DNA from: Macrostomum lignano
Taxonomy: Eukaryota
DNA length: 64,000 bases
Assembly: GCA_002269645.1 (NCBI GenBank)
Contig: NIVC01000478.1
Span: 1 to 64,000, forward strand
Direction: 5' to 3'
Positions within the stretch are counted from its first letter, which is position 1; every line of letters begins with the position of its first letter. The position numbers and the translations under genes were made by a program. Below the pieces are notes generated by a model. The model was not told the origin of the DNA and ran no database searches. It saw only the letters and a program-made list of their open reading frames with translations. Positions 26,159 through 37,990 of this stretch are shown here, piece after piece.

Positions 26159-27980
26159 TCAATCAGTCCCGAAATACTTGGCGCAGAAGTGATACGGCAC
26201 CAGATCGTGCAGCTCGGACGTGAGCACTGTCACATTGGGAAAGGCGGACAAGACGGCATCAACGCCGAGTTTAGTTGAGAATAAATTCAACAAGAAGATG
26301 CTAGACTCGGGTATTGCATAGTCTTGCACTAATAATTGCAAAGCTTTGGCAGCCACGCGACCGTCGCCAAGGACTGGGTACATGAGCAGCACTCGGCGCT
26401 GTTGAATGCCTGGAGGCAGCTTTACGTACACGGGCTCCGGCTGGGCGGACGAGTCAGCGTGTTCATTGTCCAGCTGGATCAGCATCTTGATGGAGGAGTG
26501 TTGAACAATGGGGTTTATACAGATACATAAGCAAGGCCGTCAAAAAGTTGACCAAAAGTCACTTTAAAGTACTTTATTGTCTGCGAATCTGAACCGACTC
26601 TGGGACGACGCAAGTGACTCTGGGACCGTAGAGTCTTATTTGAGGCGTGCTGGAGTCACTATAGAGTCACTGAGATGTGTTCAAAGCGCTTGACACAAAG
26701 ATTATATCTATGCATCTATATATATCTATGCAGACATGATTAGCACCCTATACACCTGTAACATTAAGATTATCTATGCGAATGAGACATGATTAGCACC
26801 CTATACACCTGTAACATTAAGATTATCTATGCAAATGAGACAGGATTAGCACCCTATACACCTGTAACATTAAGATTATCTATGCGAATGAGACATGATT
26901 AGCACCCTATATACCTGTAAAATTAAGATTATCTATGCGAATGAGACAGGATTAGCACCCTATACACCTGTAACACTAAGATTATCTATGCAAATGAGAC
27001 AGGATTAGCACCCTATACACCTGTAACACTAAGATTATCTATGCAAATGAGACAGCTAGGATTAGCACCTTATACACCTGTAGCATTAAGATTATCTATG
27101 CAAATGAGACAGGATTAGCACCCAAAACACCTGTAGCACTAAGATTATCCATGCAAATGAGACAGGATTAGCACCCTATACATCTGTAACACTAAGATTA
27201 TCCATGCAAATGAGACAGGATTAGCACCCTATACACCTGTGACACTAAGATTATCCATGCAAATGAGACATGATTAGCACCCTACATACACCTGTGACAC
27301 TAAGATTATCCATGCAAATGAGACAGGATTAGCACCCTATACACCTGTAACACTAAGATTATCTATGCAAATGAGACAGGATTAGCACCCTATACACCTG
27401 TAACACTAAGATTATCTATGCAAATGAGACTACAAATGCTACAGCTCTCACAGCAACGCAAACTCAACAGCAATCTTACATACTAATAAGTATTTCCTAC
27501 CTTTCCAATTCGAATGGCCCTACAGCAGTCTCGCAGACCCTTCTCCATCGCTTCGCCAGAACGCATAACGCTGACGCCGCAGTTGCCGCGAGTGTACCTG
27601 AGACCATCGTACTTATGACCTCCAGGTGTCACTACGGACAATGGCTCGTATGGCAAGCAATTAAGCGCCTCTTCTACTACTAATCGGATTAACCTATCGG
27701 CGTAAAACACAAAATCCGATCTGCTGGTGTCTTTATCTCGGAGCAGGGTGTGCAATTCCTTCAGTTGGCTAGTGGCCCGGAGTACTCGAATATTGCCAAC
27801 ACTGCCAACTGGCTCAAGCGTGCTGCCGCTGCCATTGATGCTCAAAGCAGTGTCGGGTACATCCGTGGCCGAGTCTCCACTGCCACCATTAGACAGGATT
27901 TGCTCATGCTGCTGCCGCTGCTGTAACTTTTTAGCCTTGCCTATGCCGCCTAACTGAGTAGTGCTAACTATCTCAGACAT
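26159..27980 (-). CDS. UPRT: Uracil phosphoribosyltransferase homologue (268 aa; exons 27980-27501, 26485-26159)
   Basis: QLKELHTLLRDKDTSRSDFVFYADRLIRLVVEEALNCLPY, GNCGVSVMRSGEAMEKGLRDCCRAIRIGK|MLIQ, RRVLLMYPVL, HFCAKYFGTD. Phase-0 intron GTAGGA...catcAAG. Confidence 0.95.
26735..27430. repeat. 53-bp minisatellite in the UPRT intron, ~13 copies
   Basis: gattagcaccc recurs at 26738, 26791 and onward. Confidence 0.95.
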
Positions 27981-29084
27981 TGGGGTGATCAATAAGTTTT
28001 AATTATTGTCTGACAGTTGGCCAGTGCCTTTATAACACTGGTAAGTGTAGAAATAGCTGAAATTTTGATGGCCACAAATTATAAGTGACATATCAACGAT
28101 TAGTATAAAGGGTTCATACATTTTTCGAAGCAAAAGACATCATTAAGATTTTGTACCTTTTAAAAACAAATAGAAAGCTTTTGAAGGTTGAAACAAACTA
28201 TAGATAAAAGTATAGTACTTGCATCATCAGATAAAAACATTAGCAACCATATGATCTATTATATTTTTAATGTATTAGTACCTCAAAGTTACTGAATTGA
28301 CAGAAAAAAATATGTTACGACCATAATGTTACGACCATAAGGCTGCCTTTTCTTTTGTATCTTTGTTGCCTTTTGAGTTTATATATTCTAATAAAAGAGT
28401 ATGATTTCTAAAGATGTTCTTAGTCAAATTTTAAAAATGTATTGCAAAATATCAAAAATGAAAAATGTTATAAGACTTTTACCTTTTCCCATATACTAAA
28501 AATGAAATGTCTGTAGCTATGCGATAGATTTCAGAAAAATTGGCTCAACCGATTTTCTTCAAACTTGCACCATTCGATAAGAAATTTTCCTGGGACGGTA
28601 CATGCATCTTGGCTAAGAAATTGCTCAATGTTAAAGGGATTAAATATTCGAAAAACATGCTTTTTTGCAAAGGTCAAGCAGCTCTTTCGACCTGAAATGC
28701 ATTGTAAGAATGCTAGAGAAAAAACTGACTGACTGAATTCCGATTGTGATAAAGATTGCATCACAACAAGTTGAAAACAGTGCCGAAGAAATGCACACAC
28801 GACTTGATTTAAATTGCGTAACCATATTGCTAACTTGAATTGAGACTGATACTGGCTGACTGAGAAATTGATTTTGTCATAACTTTTTACTCCAATTGAC
28901 TTGCTGTAAGAATTGAATTATAAGGGCCACAATTCATGTTCTCCAATTGAAAAGAGATAGCCCTGATGCGAACAGACTGGAATGCTAATGTAGCGACCTG
29001 GGTTCGAATCTTAGTAGTGCAAAAAGATTTTTTTATCAAAACACCTTAAAAACACAACAAAACTGCTAAACATCAAAGAAGCGC

Positions 29085-30885
29085 AATGTCAAACATAGAA
29101 GAGCCAACATATCGAACATAAAAGAGTTACCATATCAAACATAGAAGAGCCACCATGTCGAACATTAAAGAGCCACCATGTAGAATATTGAAGAGCCACC
29201 ATGAAGAACATTAAAGAGCCACCATGTCAAACATTTAGAAGGTTCCATGTCAAAGATTTAAGAGCCACCATGTCAAACATTTAAGAGCCACCCTGTCAAA
29301 CATAAAAGAGCCACCATGTCGAACATAAAAGAGCCACCATGTCAAACATAAAAGAGCCGCCATGTCAAACATAAAAGAGCCACCATGTCAAACATTTAAG
29401 AGCCACCCTGTCAAACTTAAAAGAGCCACCATGTCAAACATAAAAGAGCCACCATGTCAAACATAAAAGAGCCACCATGTCGAACATAAAAGAGCCACCA
29501 TGTCAAACATAAAAGAGCCACCATTTCGAACATTAAAGAGCCACCATTTCGAACATTAAAGAGCCACCATTTTGAACATTTAAGAGCCACCATGTCAAAC
29601 AATTAGAAGCCACCATGTCAAACATTAAAGAGCCACCATGTCGAACATTTAAGAGCCACCATTTCGAACATTAAAGAGCCACCATGTCGAACATTAAAGA
29701 GCCACCATGTCAAACATTTAAGAGCCACCATGTCAAACTTTAAAGAGCCACTTTGTCGAACATTAAAGAGCCACCATGTCAAACATAAAAGAGCCACCAT
29801 GTCGAACATAAAAGAGCCACCATGTCAAACATAAAGAACCACCATGTCAAACATTTAGGAGCCACCATGTCAAACATATATGTGACTTTATGTCAAACAT
29901 TAAAGAGTTACCATTTCAAACCTTAAAAAGCCACTATGTCGAACATTAAAGAGCCACCATGTCTAACATAAAAGAGCTATACCATTAAGAACATTAAAGA
30001 GCCACCATGTGGAACATTTAAGAGCCACCATGTCGAACATTAAAGAGCCACTATGTCAAACATTTAAGAGCCACCATGTCAAACATATATGTGACTTTAT
30101 GTCAAACATTAAAGAGCCACCATGTCGAACATTAAAGAGCCACCATGTGAAACATTAAGGAGCCACCATTTCGAACATTAAAGAGCCACCATGTCGAACA
30201 TTAAAGAGCCACCATGTCGAACATTAAAGAGCCACCATGTCAAAACATAAAAGTGCCATCATGTCAAACCAAAAAGACCCACCATGTCTAACAGAAAAGA
30301 GCCACCATGTCAAACATAAATCTGGCATGATGTCAAACATTAAAGTGCCACCATATCGAACATTAAAGAGCCACCATGTCGAACATTAAAGGGCCACCAT
30401 GTAGAACATAAAAGAGCCACCATATCGAACATTAAAGAGCCAACATGTCAAACCTAAAAGAGCCACCATGTCGAACATTAAAGAGCCACCATGTCAAACA
30501 TAAATCTGGCATGATGTCAAACATTAAAGTGCCACCATATCGAACATTAAAGAGCCACCATGTCTAACAGTAAAGAGCCACTATGTCAAAAATTAAAGGA
30601 CCACCATGTCGAACATTAAAGAGCCACCATGTCAAAAATAGAAGAGCCACCATGTCAAACATAGAAGAGCCACCATGTCTGACATTAAAGAGCCACCATG
30701 TCGAACATTAAAGAACCACCATGTCGAACATTAAAGAGCCACCATGTAAAACATTAAAGAGCCACATTGTTAAACATAGAAGAGCCACCATGTCTAACAT
30801 TAAAGAACCACCATGTCAAACATTAAAGAGCCACCATGTCTAACATTAAAGAGCCACCATGTCAAACAATAAAAAGCCACCATGT
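29085..30885. repeat. 23-bp minisatellite (gagccaccatgtc[g/a]aacattaaa), ~75 copies
   Basis: Directly visible, with duplicated variant blocks (29870/30080; 30310/30495). Confidence 0.95.
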
Positions 30886-31556
30886 CGCCTGCTATCTGGG
30901 GGTGCTTGCTATCTGGGAGAGCCTGCTATCTGGGGGTGCTTGCTATCTGGTGGTGCTTGCTATCTGGAGGTGCCTGCTATCTGGGGGTGCCTGCTATCTG
31001 GGGGTGCTAGCTATCTGGTGGTGCTTGCTATCTGGGGGTGCTTGCTATCTGGGGTGCTTGCTATCTGGGGGTGCTTGCTATCTGGGGTGCTTGCTATCTG
31101 GGGGTGCCTGCTATCTGGGGGTGCCTGCTATCTGGGGTCGCTTGCTATCTGGGGTGCTTGCTATCTGGGGTGCTTGCTATCTGGGGGTGCTTGCTATCTG
31201 GGGTCGCTTGCTATCTGGGGGTGCTTGCTATCTGGGGTGCTTGCTATCTGGGGTGCTTGCTATCTGGGGGATGCTTGCTATCTGGGGGGTGCCTGCTATC
31301 TGGGGGTGCTTGCTATCTGGGGGGATGCTTGCTATCTGGGGGGTGCTTGCTATCTGGGGGTGCTTGCTATCTGGGGTCGCTTGCTATCTGGGGGTGCTTG
31401 CTATCTGGGGGTGCTTGCTATCTGGGGTGCTTGCTATCTGGGGGTGCCTGCTATCTGGGGGGTGCTTGCTATCTGGGGGTGCTTGCTATCTGGGGGATGC
31501 TTGCTATCTGGGGGGTGCTTGCTATCTGGGGGTGCCTGCTATCTGGGGGTATGCTT
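30886..31556. repeat. ~16-bp minisatellite (ggtgcttgctatctgg[g]), ~40 copies
   Basis: Directly visible; abuts the 23-bp array with no spacer. Confidence 0.95.
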
Positions 31557-34272
31557 GCTGTCTTAGGATGTTTTCTTTTCGCATTGCACTTCATCTGAGC
31601 AGTTTTTCTATTGACTATGTGAAGGCTTTGTTTGGCCATCTTATTGATACTTGTAGAGAACAGAGATTCTATCTAGATGTCCCCCATCGGGGGGCGAAGA
31701 TTGCTAGTTTAGTTTCTATATGTCAAAAATCCTGTCGTTACAACCATAAGTGTCATTTAAGGTTTAATAGCATCTATACTAATGATGATATCTATATGAA
31801 ACTCTATAAATATATTCTAGACAAAATAATCTTTCATTTAAAATATTGGTTTAGTATATTCTATTATTAGATTTCATTTTATAAGTAAAAATAACCTGTC
31901 ATGTTACGACCATGCTTATATGGAATGAGCCATAGTAAGTGCATGTGTTATCTCATAATCTCATATCATGAAATATTCATACCTAATGTATAGGAATACA
32001 TGTATACATAGAGGTTGGATAAGATTAACTTTTTTGGGATCAAGGCAATATTGAGATCCCAATTATTGCCAAGATTCAGATTCTTTGATCAGGATTTGGA
32101 TCCTAGGAGCTATCCTACCTAGACACCAATTTGGTTTACCATTTCTTCCAAAATACTATACAAATACTATACTTAAAATGGAGAAGCCTAATAGTACTTA
32201 TAGTAGTTTTGTTTTTGCTAACATTCGATAAGAAAGTTCATGGTAAAATTGCATGCATTTTAAAATAAAAACTAGGTATACGCCATATACCCAAAAAGTT
32301 TTTTTGCCTTGCATCTGTTATATAAAAAGTCAAGACATAATACTTAATACACATTATATACACTAATACATGTAGACTAAGAGAAGAGATCTATTAGATG
32401 GACTAAGAAAGGGGAGATGGGAATTAGATATATGACATAATAGTACTTAAAGTTCTAGATATCTATAATTAGCAAAGTGATATAGCATTCAGAAGAAAGA
32501 AATTGAAAAACAACTACATTTTTGTGTTAACTATGTATTATTTTAGTGTCTTAGCTTATAACAACTATAAAAAAACATAGAAATTAAACATTTGAAATTG
32601 TAAGTTACATTAAGAAACAAATATGTTTTACAATAGCTTGGGGTACAATATCTTGGGGTAGGTTTCTATCTGCATATATAGGAGTTATGGTTTCCTATGC
32701 ATATGGTATGACTTTTTAGGACCTTCTAAAATCTAATAATTTTAACCAAAAATAGCATTTTGAGAGTATATCTGACATTAAAACCCTATTTCCTATACCA
32801 TGGTAGTTGGTTTTAAGTAAAATTATGCTAAAAATAAGCTAAAATGTTAAAATGAGTTAAAATTTAAGATTTAGAACCTAAGGTTTTTGAAGTCTAAATT
32901 TTGATCTTGCACTTTATATCAATTATATTATGGTATACACTAAAAGAAAAAATGAACTTATAAATATCTCATTAATTTTACTAAAATATACATATGCTAG
33001 AATAAATTCTTAGGGGCAACCTAACAATCTAGATATACTATCAATATCTATTTCCACATTGGTTAACCAAAAAATTAGTTAGACAAAGACAAAGATGGCT
33101 AGTTTTATTTGGAATATTTTAGCATTTTTTCTTATACAATTTGACCCATGATATAAATAGGATCCTAGTAGAATATCATACTATCTGGGTTTTTTTGCCA
33201 AAGGCAAGGTACAATATTATACTTTATACCCAATTTCAAGGTGCAATTTTAAGGCTCATAGTGCAATTTATCTTACTTTAAGAAACTAGGAATATAGATG
33301 TCTAAAAAGCCTTTTGTGTCCAAAGAATTCCTTGAACTTTTGTCTTTTTTTCAGATTGAATGCAAATCTCTTTTTTAATTGTAGAAAACAATTTCAAAAT
33401 TTAGTAGGTATATGCACTCTATACACAAAATAAATAGTATATAATAAGGTATATAGCTTATAGGCAAGAATTTTCTTATATGCTTAGCCTAGTAGGCTCA
33501 CTTTGCCAGGCATATAATCTAATATGCATAAATGTATGGGTATATACCTTTGTCCTTGTTGTATATTCTGATATAAATCAGAAGGGGCCTACATAGGGGT
33601 TTATACTTTAGTGTGCAAAGTTATTATAGAAATAAAAATGGTAAAATCAATGATAATAATTAAATAATGAGCTTTAAAGAAAAAGCAAAACTAATTTTGA
33701 TATAGATAAATGTTGCTTTAACTAGATAATTGCATATATAAAACCTCAACACTGCATTGCCTATTTATTAGAAACTGCAAGGCCATGGCCAATTGAACTA
33801 AGGAGGTTTTTTTACAAATAGTGATTACCATTATTAAAATAAACTTAATTTTTGTGTAAAATGATTTACTAAGGTTAAAAAAGACAAAAAGGTTTAGGTA
33901 AAAATTGAAAGCCCTAGTCTAAAGCTTAGGTCTTAAGGAACCTTCACTTTAAATATTTTGTTATTTTTTTGTTATTACATTTAAGATTTTTATGTACATA
34001 ATAACAAAATAAGTTTCATATATATCACTCTTAAACAAACTTTTCTAATTCTTTTGATACCTTAATTCTTTAAAAAAATTATCATAGGGCCTATTCATCA
34101 TTCAATTTTTTTGTTTACATTCTTGTTATCTTTCAACTACTTAGACCCCTTTTTCTTTAAAGTGTTTTTTGTTATAGAAACTGAAGGATACTTATACCTA
34201 TTTTCAAATTGCTTTTTATACTACTTTTTGTTTGCCAAATATAACTTTTTAAGATTCAAGCATACCAAATAT

Positions 34273-35152
34273 CAGTGTTGGGCACCATTAATGAAAATCT
34301 TAACTTCCATTAATAGCAAGAGCGTTAGCATTAAAGCAAAAAAATCTTAACTTTTTAACTCCTAATTTCGTTAAGTTAACTGAAAGTTAACTAATAATCA
34401 TTAATAAGCATTAATCCGTTAAAGTTAACACAGAAAATATGGAAATCTTGCATGTTTTTTCCAAAACAGACTTTGTAATGCATATCTTTGCTATTCCATC
34501 TTTTTAGTGAAACACAGAGGTCATCTAAGCGATTTGAAAGCTAAAAAAGTAATAAATAATCATTTTTTAAAATTGCATGCATAATACTACTAAAAGTAAA
34601 GCATATGGTAAAAAAGTAACTTATTTTATTTGAAACTTAAAAGCTAATAATGAGAAATTCATAATTAAACATGCATAGGAAGGTTGTTTCAGTACCATTT
34701 GCAGGTGCAGCAGAAAGTTGCGAAAGATTGGGACAGAAGTGAATCAAAGCGATCAATGCTCACACGCAAGAAATAAAGTTTCACACTATTTTAATTCATT
34801 ATTTTAAAGTTTATTTGTAAGAAGTTGTTAATTACACGTACGTCTGTATGATTATCGTCATAAATAAAGAGATTATATTTAGGCATATAGGTAAGCTCAA
34901 ATATGTTCGTAATGTTTAAACTTCTTGTAAGACTTCTATTTTTTGTTCCTTCTTTGCGTCTTTGGTCACTGACATAGACACTACCATTAATGATGAATTT
35001 ATTGTTAATTTACAAAATTTTAATGCAAATTCATTAATCCGTTAGTTTAAAAAAATCTTAATGACAGTCCATTAACGTTAATGAAAAATCTTAACGCTTA
35101 TTAACGCTTATTAACAGATTAACACTTATTAATGGACTGGTGCCCAACACTG
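34273..35152. mobile_element. hAT-type non-autonomous element (880 bp)
   Basis: TIRs CAGTGTTGGGCACC...GGTGCCCAACACTG; 8-bp TSD CCAAATAT on both sides; subterminal TTAAC/GTTAA motifs. Confidence 0.9.
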
Positions 35153-35864
35153 CCAAATATGCATACCAATGAGCTATGAAGGGCTAGGGATAATACACAC
35201 TAGAATTTTCTATAATATACTCATTAAAAATTAAAAATTAAAATTAAAATTAAAAGTTAAAAATTAAATTAAAAATATTAGTTTCTGATGCATATATACA
35301 CTGATATGTTAGACAGTGCCAAAACTTTCATTTTGTTTAGCTTAGCACCTGCCACTTTCCTGGGTATACCTGATGACAATATAAGGTTTTATAATCTAAA
35401 GAGAACCTACTAAAATAAACAGTAATCTCTAACAAGATCATACATATGCAACCTTGGGAATCACTCAGCCATTACTTTTGGCAACACATACATGTAAGTC
35501 ACTATTGGCTGAGAGCAGTCACTTGACTATTATTTTGTCCAATAGTGACTTATATGTGTGTGTTGCTTAGACTCCAGATGGTATACATGTATGCCAGAAA
35601 ATTCCGGCATACAAAGGGACCTATAGTATACCATTTGCGCACAACTTGGTGTGCAGAGGGGCCTGGCACATACATGCGCAACTGCTGGCCGACCTGGCCG
35701 ATCCGGCCACCATAAATCGTGGCTGACCAGGGGTAAGTCGCAAAATTGAGTCAACCAAAAACAGAAAAACACAAGAACCAAGAAAGGCAAGAGGAAAGCG
35801 AAAAAAAGAGCAGTTCAGGGAAAATGGTGAAGCAAAAGAAAAACAATTCGCAAAAGAAGCAAAC

Positions 35865-36245
35865 TAAGTCGCAAAAAGGATCAGGTAAGTCGCAAAAAGG
35901 ATCAGGTAAGTCGCAAAAGGGTTAGGTAAGTCGCAAAAAGGATTAGGTAAGTCGCAAAAAGGATCAGGTAAGTCGCAAAAAGAATCAGGTAAGTTGCAAA
36001 AGGATCAGCTAAGTCGCAAAAGGATTAGGTAAGTCGCAAAAGGGTTAGGTAAGTCGCAAAAGGATTAGGTAAGTCGCAAAAGAGTTAGGTAAGTCGCAAA
36101 AAGGATTAGGTAAGTCGCAAAAAGGATTAGGTAAGTCGCAAAAAGGATTAAGTAAGTCGCAAAAAGGATTAGGTAAGTCGCAAAAGGGTTAGGTAAGTCG
36201 CAAAAGGATTAGGTAAGTCGCAAAAAGAAGCAACTAAGTCGCAAT
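35865..36245. repeat. 21-22-bp minisatellite (taagtcgcaaaaaggatcagg) inside the hAT element
   Basis: Directly visible; the core TAAGTCGCA also occurs at both subtermini of the element. Confidence 0.92.
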
Positions 36246-36474
36246 AAGAGGGAAGTAAGTCACAATCAGAGGCAATCAGGGGGTAGTAGGTGCAAGTGTG
36301 GCAGGAGAGCAAAAACAGAATAGAAGCCTTTAACAACAGACAAGATCTTTGAAATCAGAAGCTCGCGTCAACAGTTTCCCATTGATTTCTTAAACTCTGG
36401 AGCAGGGGTTGGCAAGCTCGCGAAGCCCCTCTATCTGGCCCTCGCCCCTCGGGTTCTTTGAAACTTCCTAACTA

Positions 36475-37328
36475 CGAGGGGCGTCCGGAAAGTAGTGTTA
36501 CTTTTGCTTGGTGTGGACGTATGGACAGTCACACTTGCATGTGCTTGGTGTCATTTGAAAGCGGCAAGTCTCTTCTTTAATATGACACCAATTGCAAGAG
36601 ATTTGAATCTGTGCTTCAAGAGATATGGACGATTAAGTAGAGAAAGGTCAGTCATAGACTTACAGAACCTCAAAAATGTCAACAGAAAACTTTTACGATT
36701 TTATCGATTTTTTCGTAATCATGGGCTGTCTATGGCCAAATGTGATGCAGTGAACGAGAGGGGCTGTCTCATAAAACTATGAGACTTGTAAAACTGCTTC
36801 TGCTGCACCTGCAAAGTTTATTGACATTCAATTTTCAATTGTGAACTGCAAATGGATGTGCATTCAAAGACTGGGCAGCGACATGCCATCTTTACACTTT
36901 GGAGCTCCAGAACCAAATCGGCTGACATCCACAGGCAACTTTGCACAGCTCATGGCGACCATGCTGTCAGCAAGATGACAAGTCTGCCAACCAATGAATG
37001 ATTTTAATGTTGTTCGCTTGTGTGATAATTTGCTTGTTATCTGTTTCACCTGCTTCTGTACTGTACTGTTGTGTTTTTTGTTTTTTCTGGAGTAATTACG
37101 CTTGTGATAAAAGTTTTCTGTTGACATTTTTGAGGTTCTGTAAGTCTATGACTGACCTTTCTCTACTTAATTGTCCATATCTCTTGAAGCACAGATTCAA
37201 ATCTCTTGCAATTGGTGTCATTTTAAAGAAGAGACTTGCCGCTTTCAAATGACACCAAGCACATGCAAGTGTGACTGTCCATACGTCCACACCAAGCAAA
37301 AGTAATACTACTTTCCAGATGCCCCTCG
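36475..37328. mobile_element. Tc1/mariner-type MITE (854 bp) with ~230-bp TIRs
   Basis: TA|CGAGGGGCGTCCGGAAAG...CTTTCCAGATGCCCCTCG|TA. TA TSD and a mariner-like terminus. The mirrored ORFs 36495-36782 and 37096-37299 are the TIRs. Confidence 0.93.
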
Positions 37329-37344
37329 TAGCAAGGTTGGTGTC

Positions 37345-37990
37345 TCTTCAACTCTCATCTCTCTCTTCTCTACCTTGCCTCCCCTCTTCTCTCTCTCCCC
37401 CCTTTTCCCTCTTCTCTCTCCTCTCATTTTTACTCTCCTCTCTTCTCCCCCTTTCTCTCTACCCTTTCTCCTCAATGCCCTCTTCTCTCCTCTTATCTTC
37501 AGCAAAAATATGTACATATTTTCTTACTTCAAAGTAGAGGGAATAGAAGATTAGAGATAAGCAAACAGAGGAGAGGCGAGCGATGCGATGGGAGAAAAGA
37601 TAGAAGAGGAGAGAAAAGCTGAGGGAGGAAAAAGAGATGAGAGAGAAGAGGAGATAAGAGGAAAGAGGAAAGAAAAGATGATGGATGAGATCAGAAGAGA
37701 GGAAAGAGGAAAGAGGAGAGAGTAGATGAGAGAAGAGAGGATAAAGAGGAGATGAGAGGAGAGTGAAGAGAGGAGAGATGAGAGAGTAGAAAAGAGAGGA
37801 GAGATAAGATGAGAGAGTAGAGTGGAATGGAGAGAGACAAGAGGAGAGATAAGAAAATAGAGAGGAGACAGAAGAGATAGGAGAGGAGAGGAAAGAGAGG
37901 AGAGAGGAGAGGAGAGGAGAGAGGAGAGGAAAGAGAAAAGGGATAAGGGATGAGAGAGAAAAGAAAAAGAGGATGAGAAGATTGAGGAAT
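37345..37990. repeat. CT-rich then GA-rich low-complexity tracts
   Basis: Directly visible. Confidence 0.85.

Noticed and set aside
28940-29030. tRNA-like sequence (GGGTTCGAATC B-box)
   Set aside because: No convincing cloverleaf or acceptor stem; at most a decayed tRNA-derived SINE head.
29085-30885. Perfect vertebrate Kozak GCCACCATG repeated in the 23-bp unit
   Set aside because: Each ATG opens only about 20 codons, there is no evidence of transcription, and invertebrate initiation context differs (the genes here use A-rich contexts); likely coincidence.
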